A stretch of 64,000 bases of DNA from an uncultured Gammaproteobacteria bacterium (GCA_964650355.1 CAZYTL010000001.1:85552-149551), one strand, 5' to 3'. Shown: positions 18,289 through 28,380, counted from the first letter of the stretch. Notes: a model not told the origin generated them from the letters alone. A program made the numbers and translations.

Positions 18289-19686
18289 ATGAAACCATCT
18301 CAGTATTCTTATCTCCCTATCATCGGCTTGGAGATTCACGTCGAGCCCAAAACCAAATCAAAAATGTTTTGTGGGTGTGACGCCCATCACTTTCAAGTGA
18401 AACCCAACACCCACACTTGCCCCGTGTGTCTGGGCTTGCCCGGTGCATTACCAGTACCCAACCAAACCGCCATTGAAGCTTGTGTGAAGTTGGGTCTGGC
18501 TTTGGGATGCAGCATTAACAAATTTTCTAAATTTGACCGGAAAAATTATTTCTATCCGGACTTGCCCAAGGGTTACCAGATTTCCCAGTATGACGTCCCC
18601 TTTTGTTATCAGGGAAAATTCGAGTTCGCCATTCATGACGCCAAAGAATTGGCCCAACAGAAAGAATTGGCTACTAAAACGGTCGGCATCACCAGGGTGC
18701 ATATGGAAGAAGACACCGGCAAATTAGTACACGCCACAGTCAAAGGCAAAAAAGTGACCTTGGTAGACTTTAACCGGTCAGGCGTGCCCTTAATTGAAAT
18801 CGTGACCGACCCTGACCTCCGGTCAGCCGCAGATGCCAAAAGGTTTTTGAAGTGGTTAAGCCGCACCATTCAATTTCTGGATATCTCTGATTGTGACATG
18901 GAAAAGGGCAGCATGCGGTTGGAAGCCAACGTTTCGGTTAAAAAGTTTAAAAATCCCAATGAGATACTTAAGAACGAAAATTTGCCAAAGTATAAAGTAG
19001 AATTAAAAAACATTAATTCGTTTAGATTTCTGGAAAAAGCGGTTGAATATGAAATCGAGAGACAAACCGAATTGCTAAAAGAGGGTAATACCCCGATTCA
19101 AGAAACCAGAGGCTACAACGAAAACAAAGGTGTGACTTTTTCCCAACGCACCAAGGAGGAGGCTCAAGATTACCGCTACTTTCCCGAGCCGGACATTCCT
19201 CCGGTGGAATTCAAGCAGCGAGAAATAGATGGCCTCAAATCTCAAATTCCCGAATTGCCATTAGAAGCGGCCGAGAGATTGATTAAAAAGCACCAAATCA
19301 GGCCTGACTACGCAGAGTTGCTCTGTTCAGAGAGGCAAACTCTATCTAAATTTGAACAGCTGCTCAAACTTCTGCCTCAGGACATTAGCGCTAACGATGC
19401 AGCTAAACAAATCATCAACCAAAAAGTTAATCTGGTCAAACTCAACCCAGAGGAGATCCTTAAGAAAATTAACCAAGCCCGCGCCAAGTTTACCATTGAC
19501 GAAAAAGAGTTAGCCCGAATCATTAACCAAGTACTTCATGAAAATCTCCAGGCAGTCGTGGATTACCAGGCAGGTAAAACCAATGTCGTCGGCTTTCTTA
19601 TCGGCCAGGTAGCCAAAGCTACCAAAGGTCAAGCCGATCCCCAGTTAGTGAAACGACTCTTGGAATCAAAACTGACATCACCTTAA
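18289..19686 (+). CDS. gatB: Asp/Glu-tRNA amidotransferase subunit B
   Basis: IGLEIHVE...CPVCLGLPGALPV is GatB/GatE consensus. Confidence 0.9.
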   Translation: MKPSQYSYLPIIGLEIHVEPKTKSKMFCGCDAHHFQVKPNTHTCPVCLGLPGALPVPNQTAIEACVKLGLALGCSINKFSKFDRKNYFYPDLPKGYQISQYDVPFCYQGKFEFAIHDAKELAQQKELATKTVGITRVHMEEDTGKLVHATVKGKKVTLVDFNRSGVPLIEIVTDPDLRSAADAKRFLKWLSRTIQFLDISDCDMEKGSMRLEANVSVKKFKNPNEILKNENLPKYKVELKNINSFRFLEKAVEYEIERQTELLKEGNTPIQETRGYNENKGVTFSQRTKEEAQDYRYFPEPDIPPVEFKQREIDGLKSQIPELPLEAAERLIKKHQIRPDYAELLCSERQTLSKFEQLLKLLPQDISANDAAKQIINQKVNLVKLNPEEILKKINQARAKFTIDEKELARIINQVLHENLQAVVDYQAGKTNVVGFLIGQVAKATKGQADPQLVKRLLESKLTSP

Positions 19687-19743
19687 ACATCCACTAACAA
19701 AAGAAGATTTATCTTGTCCTGAGAAGATAACGACAGTGATATC

Positions 19744-20232
19744 CTATTTATTATTCGTAAAACTTCCTACTTCTGGTTTAACGATTTGTAAATAATCCTT
19801 GCTCTTCATGATCATTGATCTGGTGTGCACGCCGGCATTAAAGCAGATTTGTTTCTCCTTTAACAACTGTTCTTCTACATAGGTTGTCAAGCCCAATGCT
19901 TTACCGATTGGCGGAATTGCCCCGACTTCAATCCCGGTGATTTTAGTTACCTCTTCAGGAGTTGCAAAACGCAAATCTTTAATCCTCTGCCACCGCTTAA
20001 ATTCCTTAACATCCAATTTGGTAGAGCAGGGGAGCACAATCAAAATCGGTTGTCCATCAGCCACACACACCAAAGCTTTGGCTCCTTGATCAGGCGACGT
20101 GCCTCTGATTTTTGCCGCGTCTTCGCAGGTATGCACCCGTTCATGATCCATTACCTGATATTGGATTCCGGCCTGGTCCAGAAGCTGTTTGATTTTATTA
20201 AAAACATCCATAAGCCAATCTTCACCTAACAC
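19744..20232 (-). CDS. YbaK/ProX-family aminoacyl-tRNA deacylase
   Basis: About 160 aa with GAKALVC...IGKALG pattern typical of Cys-tRNA(Pro)/Ala-tRNA(Pro) trans-editing proteins. Confidence 0.7.
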   Translation of the reverse strand: MLGEDWLMDVFNKIKQLLDQAGIQYQVMDHERVHTCEDAAKIRGTSPDQGAKALVCVADGQPILIVLPCSTKLDVKEFKRWQRIKDLRFATPEEVTKITGIEVGAIPPIGKALGLTTYVEEQLLKEKQICFNAGVHTRSMIMKSKDYLQIVKPEVGSFTNNK

Positions 20233-20292
20233 GTATCACGTAGCAGAAATATTAAATATTATTTGTTACGTGTTATGTGCTACGTGTTACGT
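20228..20292. promoter_or_regulatory. Inverted array of CACGTA / TACGTG hexamers in ybaK upstream region
   Basis: aaCACGTAtCACGTAg, then an AT-rich spacer, then tTACGTGTTAtgtgcTACGTGTTACGTGa. Confidence 0.4.
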
Positions 20293-20294
20293 GA

Positions 20295-20987
20295 TTAGAA
20301 TCCTCCTTCGAGAACCGCGAAACCTAAATTTGCCGCGCCGCAACCATACTTAAAGGATCCGTCTGCGAGCAGGAATCGTCGGTGGGGTGGGGAAGAATCC
20401 CAACCCATGACCGCATCCCAGGCTGTGTCATATCCGCTAGCCAAATTCTCGGCCACGTTAGTCAACGCCTGACCGGAGAGATCTGATATTTCATGTTCAT
20501 TAAAATAGTTTTCAAAACCCACATGATTATCCAAATCTCCCAAGTTGATCAACTCTCCCAATCTGAGACTGGCCAACTGACATAGACCCGAATGCAGCTG
20601 TAGCTCCGGAACTCCGTGCTCCCGCCGATACTTATTCACCGCTTGCATTAAATCTTCACCGGTATAATACGACTGTGAATTAGTTTGAGCCACGGGTTTG
20701 GGAGTCGGCGCAGTCGTTGCCCTGGGAGCTGGAGTCTTAGAATCAGTCTGCAAAGAATTCAGTTGTGCTGCCAGCGTAGAAATCTGCTCATTCGCATCTT
20801 GAAGTTGCTGTGCCTGTTGTTTCAGCATTTTGTCCGCCGCTCTTAACGCTTGAGCAGCCTGCAAACTTGACGCCCCGGCCATCTGGTCTGTTGCCCAGAG
20901 TACCCCTACCAGAAAACCGGCCACTATTCCCAAAATCGCAATTCCTAACAAAATCACTACATTCCGAATCTGGTGATTCACCGGCAT
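20295..20987 (-). CDS. CAP/SCP (YkwD-like) domain protein with N-terminal TM and coiled-coil
   Basis: C-terminal YYTGEDLMQAVNKYRREHG...NHVGFEN...ENLASGY... matches CAP-domain motifs. Confidence 0.65.
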   Translation of the reverse strand: MPVNHQIRNVVILLGIAILGIVAGFLVGVLWATDQMAGASSLQAAQALRAADKMLKQQAQQLQDANEQISTLAAQLNSLQTDSKTPAPRATTAPTPKPVAQTNSQSYYTGEDLMQAVNKYRREHGVPELQLHSGLCQLASLRLGELINLGDLDNHVGFENYFNEHEISDLSGQALTNVAENLASGYDTAWDAVMGWDSSPPHRRFLLADGSFKYGCGAANLGFAVLEGGF

Positions 20988-21014
20988 ATCCCTAGTTTAT
21001 CAAAAAACCTAACT

Positions 21015-21246
21015 CTTGACAGGAGTGAACAATTTGATACACTACTTGATAATTCTAATAAATAAAGGCTGTGAAGGAGTCGGTTGGGACTCCCGAGAAG
21101 CCGATCAGGCTATCCAACGAAGGAATGTCTGACCCGCAAGCCAAGCGTTATCAAACGGCAACAGTGTGTCGGCCATTACAGTTGGAGCACTGCACAATAA
21201 GGGTATCTTGTTTTGCAACTGTAACCGAGTCTGACTCGGTTTTTTT
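21015..21246 (+). ncRNA. Candidate small RNA or riboswitch-like leader: sigma70-like promoter to intrinsic terminator (~200 nt)
   Basis: TTGACA(21015)-N16-TACACT, then a structured region (ggagtc/gactcc, tccaac/gttgga, acagttg/caactgt), then ccgag-tctga-ctcgg + T7 at 21224-21246. Confidence 0.3.
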
Positions 21247-21394
21247 GTTTCCCAGAACAAGATACTGAACCAAGGTGGCACCGCCACTGATAGCTTTCAG
21301 CTTATAGCTGACAGCTTTTAGAAGGCCCTTGTAGATTTCCGAGATATTAACTCGGTGTTCTGCAAGGGCCTTTTTATTGACTCTTTAAACACTT

Positions 21395-22465
21395 ATGACC
21401 AAAGAAGTACGTCAAGTTTTAGGGAATTACCCTGAACCATATCTGACTTACGTCCGGGAAAGAAACGGGCGCGTGGGTCAACGGTTAGCAGATATATTAG
21501 GCGTAGAATACAACCCAGCCGGCATTACTGAAAACCACCATGGGGATACGTACTGGGTATTTTCTAAACCCGTGACAACGGGTGAAGCCAATGAGCTACG
21601 ATTACAGTCAGGTCAATATTTCGGTGCAGTAGTTGGGCACTCCGCTTTGGCAGACAAGGGTGTACTGCAACCATTAGTCAACGCCAATGCCTTTCACCCT
21701 GATTATTATCCTCATGGTCTAGCTGAAGAAATTGACGGAAGCGTAATTGATGGGCATCTTGTTTTTAGTAGAAAAGATGCTCAGCATAGCTATTATAGTT
21801 TAAGAACCCGAGGGCCAGTCAGACTGAAATATCCTCCCTCAAGTGACCATGATAATCAATGGATATTGAATACGGAAGACGATTTAACACTAGCCCTGAG
21901 TAATTTTTCTGGCGACCAACTTGAACAATCTGGATTAGTTCTCCAATTGGATCTCAGTCACTTACATCCCGTAACCAGAAACATAGGCCAATTAAGAATC
22001 GGTGATCACTATTTCAGTTTTATCGGCCGACAACAAAGTATTGTCCATGCAGGTAGACTAAAATATGGTGGAACCGAATTAACCATGTTTAGAGGTGGGT
22101 TAGAAGAGTTGCAGCAAACACACAGAAGAAAAATTAATGTCCATCCCCACCTGACAGAAGCCATCGAATCTGCTATAAAACTTCGACGTGCGTATCCTGG
22201 TTATGGTGTGCAAGCAACTCGTTTTTGTGTCGACACTGTAGACCAATTTGTAGTGGATCCTTCACTACGACCGGGAGGAGCCACCCCAGCTTCAGTATTG
22301 GCTATCGCTGAGTTACTGGGTAATCCCGGCGCAGATCATGTTAGTGCTGCTTCACGGTTGCATTACGATCCTGTCCCAGGGCGTGATTATCCGGGTGAAG
22401 TGTTTTTAAATCATCCAGATTTGACCATCACCGCTAGAGTGACTGGTATAAATAACGGCTTTTAA
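21395..22465 (+). CDS. Hypothetical protein (356 aa), GC-richer than neighbours
   Basis: Long ORF with no recognisable motif. Confidence 0.5.
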   Translation: MTKEVRQVLGNYPEPYLTYVRERNGRVGQRLADILGVEYNPAGITENHHGDTYWVFSKPVTTGEANELRLQSGQYFGAVVGHSALADKGVLQPLVNANAFHPDYYPHGLAEEIDGSVIDGHLVFSRKDAQHSYYSLRTRGPVRLKYPPSSDHDNQWILNTEDDLTLALSNFSGDQLEQSGLVLQLDLSHLHPVTRNIGQLRIGDHYFSFIGRQQSIVHAGRLKYGGTELTMFRGGLEELQQTHRRKINVHPHLTEAIESAIKLRRAYPGYGVQATRFCVDTVDQFVVDPSLRPGGATPASVLAIAELLGNPGADHVSAASRLHYDPVPGRDYPGEVFLNHPDLTITARVTGINNGF

Positions 22466-22620
22466 ATATGATTAACCTATATAAACTTTACCAACTGATT
22501 TGACTTTCCACTCGGGGATAATTAAATACTTGCGCGGCAGATGGGTCTTGGGCCGAGCCTCTCAGCAAGACAATTTCAAGATTCAATTTCGTTCGCCGCA
22601 TAGTTGTATTGTACAGATTT

Positions 22621-23706
22621 TTAATTAATCGACAACAGGAACTGTTTAAGAATTAAATAGTAATCATGCAAACTTTTAACACTCACCCACTCTTCATCGG
22701 TATGCAGACCTGAACCAATCGGACCAAAGGTGACACCGTCACAACCCACCTGATTATAGAGACGAATATCAGAACCACCATGTTTAACAATCAGCTTTGA
22801 AGGCTTTCCAGTAATCTTCCTGGTGGCTTGTCTGAGCTTCTTCACATACTGGTTTTGTTCATCAGTAAATTGGCAAGGTTCATTAACCACCACCTCGATC
22901 TCGGCCAAACCTTTCAGTATCTGTTTAATTCTGTTAAGAATTTCTTCTTTGTCAGCAGGAATATAGCGCACATCCACACCCAAAATACAATCTTCTGGAA
23001 CCTTATTAAAGGTTTGGTTGGTAGTCTGCAGCATTGCCAAATTAGCTGTTGTTTTCCAAGCCTCTTCCGAGGGCACCGGAAAATGTTGGTTAAATTTTTC
23101 CATTACCAGACCCATTTGGTGAATCGCATTCTCACCATTCCACGGATAAGCTCCGTGTGCAGCCTTACCTTTAGTTTTAATTTTCAGCCAAATAATTCCC
23201 TTGGCCTGATTATTCACACCGAAGTCTGTAGGTTCTCCTGCAATCACGAAATCGGCCTTAATACCTTTTTCTATCTGATATTTAGTGCCATGAAAACCGC
23301 CCACTTCTTCATCCGTTACCAACTGCAAACCCAGGGGGTAATTGACTTTGTCCGCCAACTCTTTAAATAACAAAACCATCACCGCCGCAGCGCCTTTCAT
23401 ATCTTGAGCTCCTCTACCATACAACTTGCCGTCTCTCAATTTTGGGCTGAACATCTTTTCTGGGCCGGGCACTACATCCAAATGAGCATTCAAAATTACG
23501 CGAAACCGCTGAGGAAAACTAACTTTTTTGCAAACCAATAAACTTGGTATCCCCTGGCTTTCAAACCTTTTTACGGAAAATTCTTTTAACTCTGTTTCAC
23601 ACACCTTCAGAACTTCGTGCATGGCACTTAGGTTATCCGTAACCGAATTAATTCCAATCAGTCTTTCAGCTAATTGTCTAGTCATAGTACCTGATACATA
23701 TTCCAT
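22621..23706 (-). CDS. M20 family metallopeptidase/amidohydrolase (ArgE/DapE-like)
   Basis: HLDVVP..., GRGAQDMKG and metal-binding E/H pattern of M20. Confidence 0.8.
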   Translation of the reverse strand: MEYVSGTMTRQLAERLIGINSVTDNLSAMHEVLKVCETELKEFSVKRFESQGIPSLLVCKKVSFPQRFRVILNAHLDVVPGPEKMFSPKLRDGKLYGRGAQDMKGAAAVMVLLFKELADKVNYPLGLQLVTDEEVGGFHGTKYQIEKGIKADFVIAGEPTDFGVNNQAKGIIWLKIKTKGKAAHGAYPWNGENAIHQMGLVMEKFNQHFPVPSEEAWKTTANLAMLQTTNQTFNKVPEDCILGVDVRYIPADKEEILNRIKQILKGLAEIEVVVNEPCQFTDEQNQYVKKLRQATRKITGKPSKLIVKHGGSDIRLYNQVGCDGVTFGPIGSGLHTDEEWVSVKSLHDYYLILKQFLLSIN

Positions 23707-23712
23707 TCAAAG

Positions 23713-25083
23713 TCAACCAAAGTTCTCCATATATTTTTCAGTATATATCGAAATACGCTCACGATACTTTCTTAAATGTTCATTATCTTTAGATCCGAAA
23801 AAAGCCACCGTGTTTAAAAAAGTAAATATATCTATCAAAAAATTGTCTAAATTTTCATCCATCTTATTTAAATCTATATAAAATTTTCCGTTTTTAATCT
23901 CTAAAATTTCATACTGCTGTGCCTTTAATAGCCATAAACTTGTCGAATATAAATATTCTTCTCGGAGTCCCATATTTTTATATCTTTGATATTTATATTC
24001 AAATAACAACCAATCCAACACTAGTAAATCTCTAGTTGCACCTTTATCTAACATCGAATTTTGTTCTAATAAATAAGACAAATAGAGGGAATTTATTTCA
24101 GCCCGGCCTTCCTCTATTAAAGTATAATACTTACCGAGATTAAAACTCGCATTATTCGGTTTTAAATAAGTGTGTCCGTATTCATGTAAAATTAGACTCA
24201 GTAAATACAACTTCTCCACATTGTTTTCAATATTAGTTTTTAACTTTTTATCTAATTCAAACCGAGGCCGAGCCTTCTTGACAAAAGGTACTAACTTCGC
24301 CACTTTGCTCTTCAAATTGTTAACCATAATCATTTTTATTGTCCCGTATTTCTTCGCTAAATTGACATTTTCAGGTCTTGACCAACCTTCCGTATCTAAT
24401 TTCGCCACTTCTCCACCCTCAGATACTACGTCTCCTATAAACAAGTGAACAGCCTTATTTTCATCGCTAATGGGTAAAAATGAAAGATTATTCCTCGTAA
24501 CTTCTGACAATGAATTCCAAATCTTATTATAAAATTGATATTGTAAATTTTTATACAAAAACACAGCTGTGTAAAATCTCTTCGTTCCCAATATTTTATC
24601 ATGATAACGTTCGATCGGCCCGACACTCATTAAAAAAAATGCCGATTCATCAAAACGAAGAAATTCTTTATCAGCCTTCTCCCACTCGTCAGTTAAGAAC
24701 GCTTTTTCTAAACTAGAATAAAACCTTAACCACCTTTGCGCATTAAAACTTTCTTTTATGTTGTTAACTTCGTTTTTAATATCATTAATCAATATCACAA
24801 TTTTTTTCAAATCAAATTTGTAATAATCGTGGTAAGGAATCTCTTTAACCCTACCCGCTTTAACCATCATTACAGAATACGCATTGGTTTGATACCCAGG
24901 ATTTTGGCGTAGGAAGTCTTTAACTTCTCCTTGATAAACTCCTCCCTTTTTACTCAACTGTTTTATAAACAGTCGATCTATCTCTTTAACCAACTCGATA
25001 TTCAACTTCACAAAATCAATATAAACTTTAGGGATCTTCTTAACTATATCATCGTGTGTCCGGAGATATTTTTTCATAACCAA
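23713..25083 (-). CDS. Hypothetical protein with HExxH (LILHEYGHTY), putative zinc metallopeptidase; strongly AT-rich
   Basis: HEYGH motif. Composition differs from adjacent genes. Confidence 0.45.
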   Translation of the reverse strand: MVMKKYLRTHDDIVKKIPKVYIDFVKLNIELVKEIDRLFIKQLSKKGGVYQGEVKDFLRQNPGYQTNAYSVMMVKAGRVKEIPYHDYYKFDLKKIVILINDIKNEVNNIKESFNAQRWLRFYSSLEKAFLTDEWEKADKEFLRFDESAFFLMSVGPIERYHDKILGTKRFYTAVFLYKNLQYQFYNKIWNSLSEVTRNNLSFLPISDENKAVHLFIGDVVSEGGEVAKLDTEGWSRPENVNLAKKYGTIKMIMVNNLKSKVAKLVPFVKKARPRFELDKKLKTNIENNVEKLYLLSLILHEYGHTYLKPNNASFNLGKYYTLIEEGRAEINSLYLSYLLEQNSMLDKGATRDLLVLDWLLFEYKYQRYKNMGLREEYLYSTSLWLLKAQQYEILEIKNGKFYIDLNKMDENLDNFLIDIFTFLNTVAFFGSKDNEHLRKYRERISIYTEKYMENFG

Positions 25084-25091
25084 TTACAATT

Positions 25092-26579
25092 TTAAGTCAC
25101 AATAAAAGCACCAAAACCGGCATTCGCCATCACTAAGGTCTTGAACCACGCTTCTGCCTGAGTACAACTATCTGTCGATTCTATTTCTTTAGCCATCTCT
25201 TTTATTTGATCAATAATATACTCTTGATGAGACATAGTCATTCCGTTCTCAGGAGTATATGGCTTATGCGCTCCCACTCGGGTAAAACCAAATCCATCCA
25301 AGGCGGTCGTCCTTAACTCCAAAATTCCGCCCGGTGCTAAAGGTCCTTCCGTCATCCCATTAGGAACAATTCTTAAGATATCAACCACAGGTTGGATTAA
25401 ACGGTTATTTCTAGCCTTTAATTCGTCTAATCTGCCGAACTCAATCCCATACCCAGAATCCCCGCTTACAGGTTTGTCGATAAACATCATCGCATCCTTT
25501 CCCTCCAAATCAACTTCCCCTGGGGTACAAAAGCTGGGTATCAACATTGATACCGGACCGTATTTTTCATAAACAGGCGCAAAAGTTCCTTTAGTCAACA
25601 TCGCCATTGCAACTGGATGTTCTGTCCACATATCAGGTGAATTCAGTATCCTCTTGAACATTGCTCTCTCTTCTTCATCCATCGAACTCATCACATAGCC
25701 TATTTCTCTAGGGGTGGTATTATTCAAAAAACTTTGTCCTTCAGTACTATCTGTTCTTAATCGCCCAACGAGGTCACGAATATCTATCGGATGTCTGTCG
25801 CTTCTCCCCCAAACCTGGTTAGTAGTTACCTTGTCCGGTAAAGCATGATGTATCTCTCCGGGGCGCTCGTGTACCTTGTAATCAACAACCGAAAAATCAG
25901 ACCACCCGGCAAATATTCTAGACCTCACCTCCCAATCAAAGCGACCTAAATCTACTTGGCCTCCAAAAGCTCCATTAATTAAAAAATTACGTGTAAAACC
26001 GTAATAACCCTTGAATGAGCCCTGGCCTTCCATCCCCATGAACATAAATTGCAACTCTTTCTTCTCTACGCGCCGGTGAACCTCCTCCCAATGATTGTCT
26101 CTATCATCTATTCCCACTGCCACAGGTAATCCATTTCTAACTTCAATCGGCACCGACACAAAGTCTACTACCGGAGCTAAACCTTCCTGAAAAGATTTTT
26201 CCTTAACTGCTAAAACGGTTTCCTCACTAAACAGTTTTGGGTCTTCAACTCCATACTTCTGAAGACTTGCTGCGAAAGTTAGGTTTACTCTGGCCACGGT
26301 ATCCGCATCATTTTCGTGAGCAGCTTCCTCCACCAACAAGTCAGTCGCCCGCCTTAAATACTGATAAATATACCCAGGCACCTCTACCGGGAAACTAACC
26401 ATCCTAGTCCCTGTGAAGGTACCTTGCCAATCTCGATGAGATGTACCTTGTCCTAACCCTGCCCTGCTATTAGGCCAGCCCCGGTAAGTTTCACCCAAGC
26501 TGTCGACCATCAACTTATTAGCCTGTCTCAGTTCACCAGCATTTAATTTACGCTCAGGAATAAAGTTTATGTTTCCCAT
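25092..26579 (-). CDS. Hypothetical protein (495 aa)
   Basis: Long ORF, co-directional and tightly spaced with the ligase-like gene. Confidence 0.5.
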   Translation of the reverse strand: MGNINFIPERKLNAGELRQANKLMVDSLGETYRGWPNSRAGLGQGTSHRDWQGTFTGTRMVSFPVEVPGYIYQYLRRATDLLVEEAAHENDADTVARVNLTFAASLQKYGVEDPKLFSEETVLAVKEKSFQEGLAPVVDFVSVPIEVRNGLPVAVGIDDRDNHWEEVHRRVEKKELQFMFMGMEGQGSFKGYYGFTRNFLINGAFGGQVDLGRFDWEVRSRIFAGWSDFSVVDYKVHERPGEIHHALPDKVTTNQVWGRSDRHPIDIRDLVGRLRTDSTEGQSFLNNTTPREIGYVMSSMDEEERAMFKRILNSPDMWTEHPVAMAMLTKGTFAPVYEKYGPVSMLIPSFCTPGEVDLEGKDAMMFIDKPVSGDSGYGIEFGRLDELKARNNRLIQPVVDILRIVPNGMTEGPLAPGGILELRTTALDGFGFTRVGAHKPYTPENGMTMSHQEYIIDQIKEMAKEIESTDSCTQAEAWFKTLVMANAGFGAFIVT

Positions 26580-26618
26580 AGTCAGAGAATTAAAAAATTA
26601 GAAGTAATCATATCACAA

Positions 26619-28217
26619 TTATCGCCGTACACCCAATCTTAGTTTTAAATCATCCATAAAAACTCTTCCTGCCTCCTTATTTGTCTCTCGTATCTTTTCT
26701 TCACCCGATCCTGGAACCGTGTACGCGTAATTTAAAGCTGCCCGACCTAAATTTCCTTTCAAATAAGTACCATTTCTATTATCAAAAAACCCACCCAGCC
26801 CATACTCACCCGGTAAGTTAGCTGGAGTTAATAATCGAGAAACCACATCAACGGCTCGCTCCCAATCTGCTGATCTCTCATCAGGACTTGTCCATTCTAT
26901 TAGATGTTCCCAACCCTCAGCTACCGTAACTTCTCCTCGATTTAACTTTAATACAGCCTGATCACCATATGTGATAGCCTGCACCCGATTCTCCACCCTT
27001 TTATCCATGCTTAGTGGTTGCAAAAATGCCGGCAATGGCTCTTCATCGCTTATAACATGCTTAGCTACTCTTAAAACAAATTCTCTCTGAATCACCGCTA
27101 AGGCTAAAGCCAGTTCAAAGTGATTGCCGTCGCCAGGCCCGGTCTCAAACGTCCCTGTCCTATACTTTGTCCTCGTATCTTTATGAGAACCATTTGGTCG
27201 TGATTCCTGAATTGACAACCCCATTCTTCGTTTAGCTCTCAAAACTGCCTCATCCTTGTCATCGTTCCTTCCTCCTGCTCTTTCAGGTAAAGGAATCAAA
27301 TTCTCCCGCATTAAAAGATCTCCCCGTCTCAAATGGGCAATTGCATCTACGGGAATATTTGCCTGAACGCCTCCCCTGGTGTACATTTCCCATCTTGAAA
27401 GCTCTCTGTTTGATACCCTACCAGTCAGCTGACCTTTCCAAAACGGCGCTGCCGTGGCAATCGCATTTACCAAAGTAGCCGGCAGAGTATTATAAACGTT
27501 TCCTACATAAAGCCCAAACTCAGCACTACCTCCAAACGGCATTAAATCAGTATGACACTGGATACTCGCCGCATCAAAATCAAGAGATTGCCCATTTAGA
27601 TTATATTTCATAATCCGTGCAATTAACGGGTGAGGAGAAATATTTCCCCAACCATCAGGCAGACGAGTGCCCACCATACCCAAAGGAAGTAACAAAGCTC
27701 CTTCAACTTCACATGCATCAACTAAGGGGCCTAATCCCTTCAACAAACTATCTTCTAATTCATCCCAAGTCCTGCCCGGCGGTGTGGGAATCTCGACCAC
27801 ATAATTCTGGGCTTCCGGACTGCCTCCTGCTCTATCCAATAACCATTCTCTACCGCCTCTTGTTACAGTAATCTGATCATCTTCAAATTTCACGATCCTG
27901 TCGCCACCATAAACATTAAACGGTTCACCGGTATTTGCATCGACCACCGCCAACTCATACTCTATTCCCATTCCCACCTCTCTACTATCAGGTGGTAATC
28001 TTAAACTCTTTGTCATCTTCGCGGTATGCAGACGGATAGGCAAAAGATCCGATTCTCCCACATCAAACATGGTGTCCTCCTCGCCCTCTTGTCTCAATCT
28101 ATAGGGAACTGGTTTAACGCTTAGGCTTTTTCCCCACCATACCCCTCCCTTTCTCAAGCCATCTGGTACCTGTACTGGTCTGAAACCTTCTATTTGATTA
28201 AAACCTGCCATAACCAA
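26619..28217 (-). CDS. Carboxylate-amine ligase, glutamate-cysteine ligase family 2 (YbdK/GCS2-like) with C-terminal extension
   Basis: GMGIEYELAVVDANTGEP resembles the YbdK N-terminal GIELE.Q.V motif. NYVVEIPT resembles the E(L/I)xT motif. IQCHTDL may be the H.H motif. Confidence 0.5.
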   Translation of the reverse strand: MVMAGFNQIEGFRPVQVPDGLRKGGVWWGKSLSVKPVPYRLRQEGEEDTMFDVGESDLLPIRLHTAKMTKSLRLPPDSREVGMGIEYELAVVDANTGEPFNVYGGDRIVKFEDDQITVTRGGREWLLDRAGGSPEAQNYVVEIPTPPGRTWDELEDSLLKGLGPLVDACEVEGALLLPLGMVGTRLPDGWGNISPHPLIARIMKYNLNGQSLDFDAASIQCHTDLMPFGGSAEFGLYVGNVYNTLPATLVNAIATAAPFWKGQLTGRVSNRELSRWEMYTRGGVQANIPVDAIAHLRRGDLLMRENLIPLPERAGGRNDDKDEAVLRAKRRMGLSIQESRPNGSHKDTRTKYRTGTFETGPGDGNHFELALALAVIQREFVLRVAKHVISDEEPLPAFLQPLSMDKRVENRVQAITYGDQAVLKLNRGEVTVAEGWEHLIEWTSPDERSADWERAVDVVSRLLTPANLPGEYGLGGFFDNRNGTYLKGNLGRAALNYAYTVPGSGEEKIRETNKEAGRVFMDDLKLRLGVRR

Positions 28218-28218
28218 T

Positions 28219-28290
28219 AAAAAAACCTCCCTTTTTTAGGAGGTTGGGAAAAATAAAATGGGACGAACTTAAGTCATCTGTTGCCCTAAC
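28219..28290 (-). promoter_or_regulatory. 5' leader attenuator: AACCUCC/GGAGGUU hairpin + U-run 10 nt before ATG, with upstream GGGAGGUUAGGG copy
   Basis: Minus strand: ggctgaGGGAGGTTaggg ... ttCCCAACCTCCtaaaaaaGGGAGGTTttttttta-ATG. Confidence 0.55.
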
Positions 28291-28380
28291 CTCCCTCAGC
28301 CGTTAATAATAACGACTTCTCGGGAGATAGTAATGACGACAACAGAAAAATTCATATTAGCACTATTAGATTTGAAGTAT

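Noticed and set aside
21050-21246. Possible SRP (4.5S) RNA, 6S RNA or tmRNA
   Set aside because: The SRP domain IV signature (GGAAGCAGCC-type), tRNA-like tmRNA ends and RNase P motifs are all lacking. Kept only as an unclassified structured RNA or leader.
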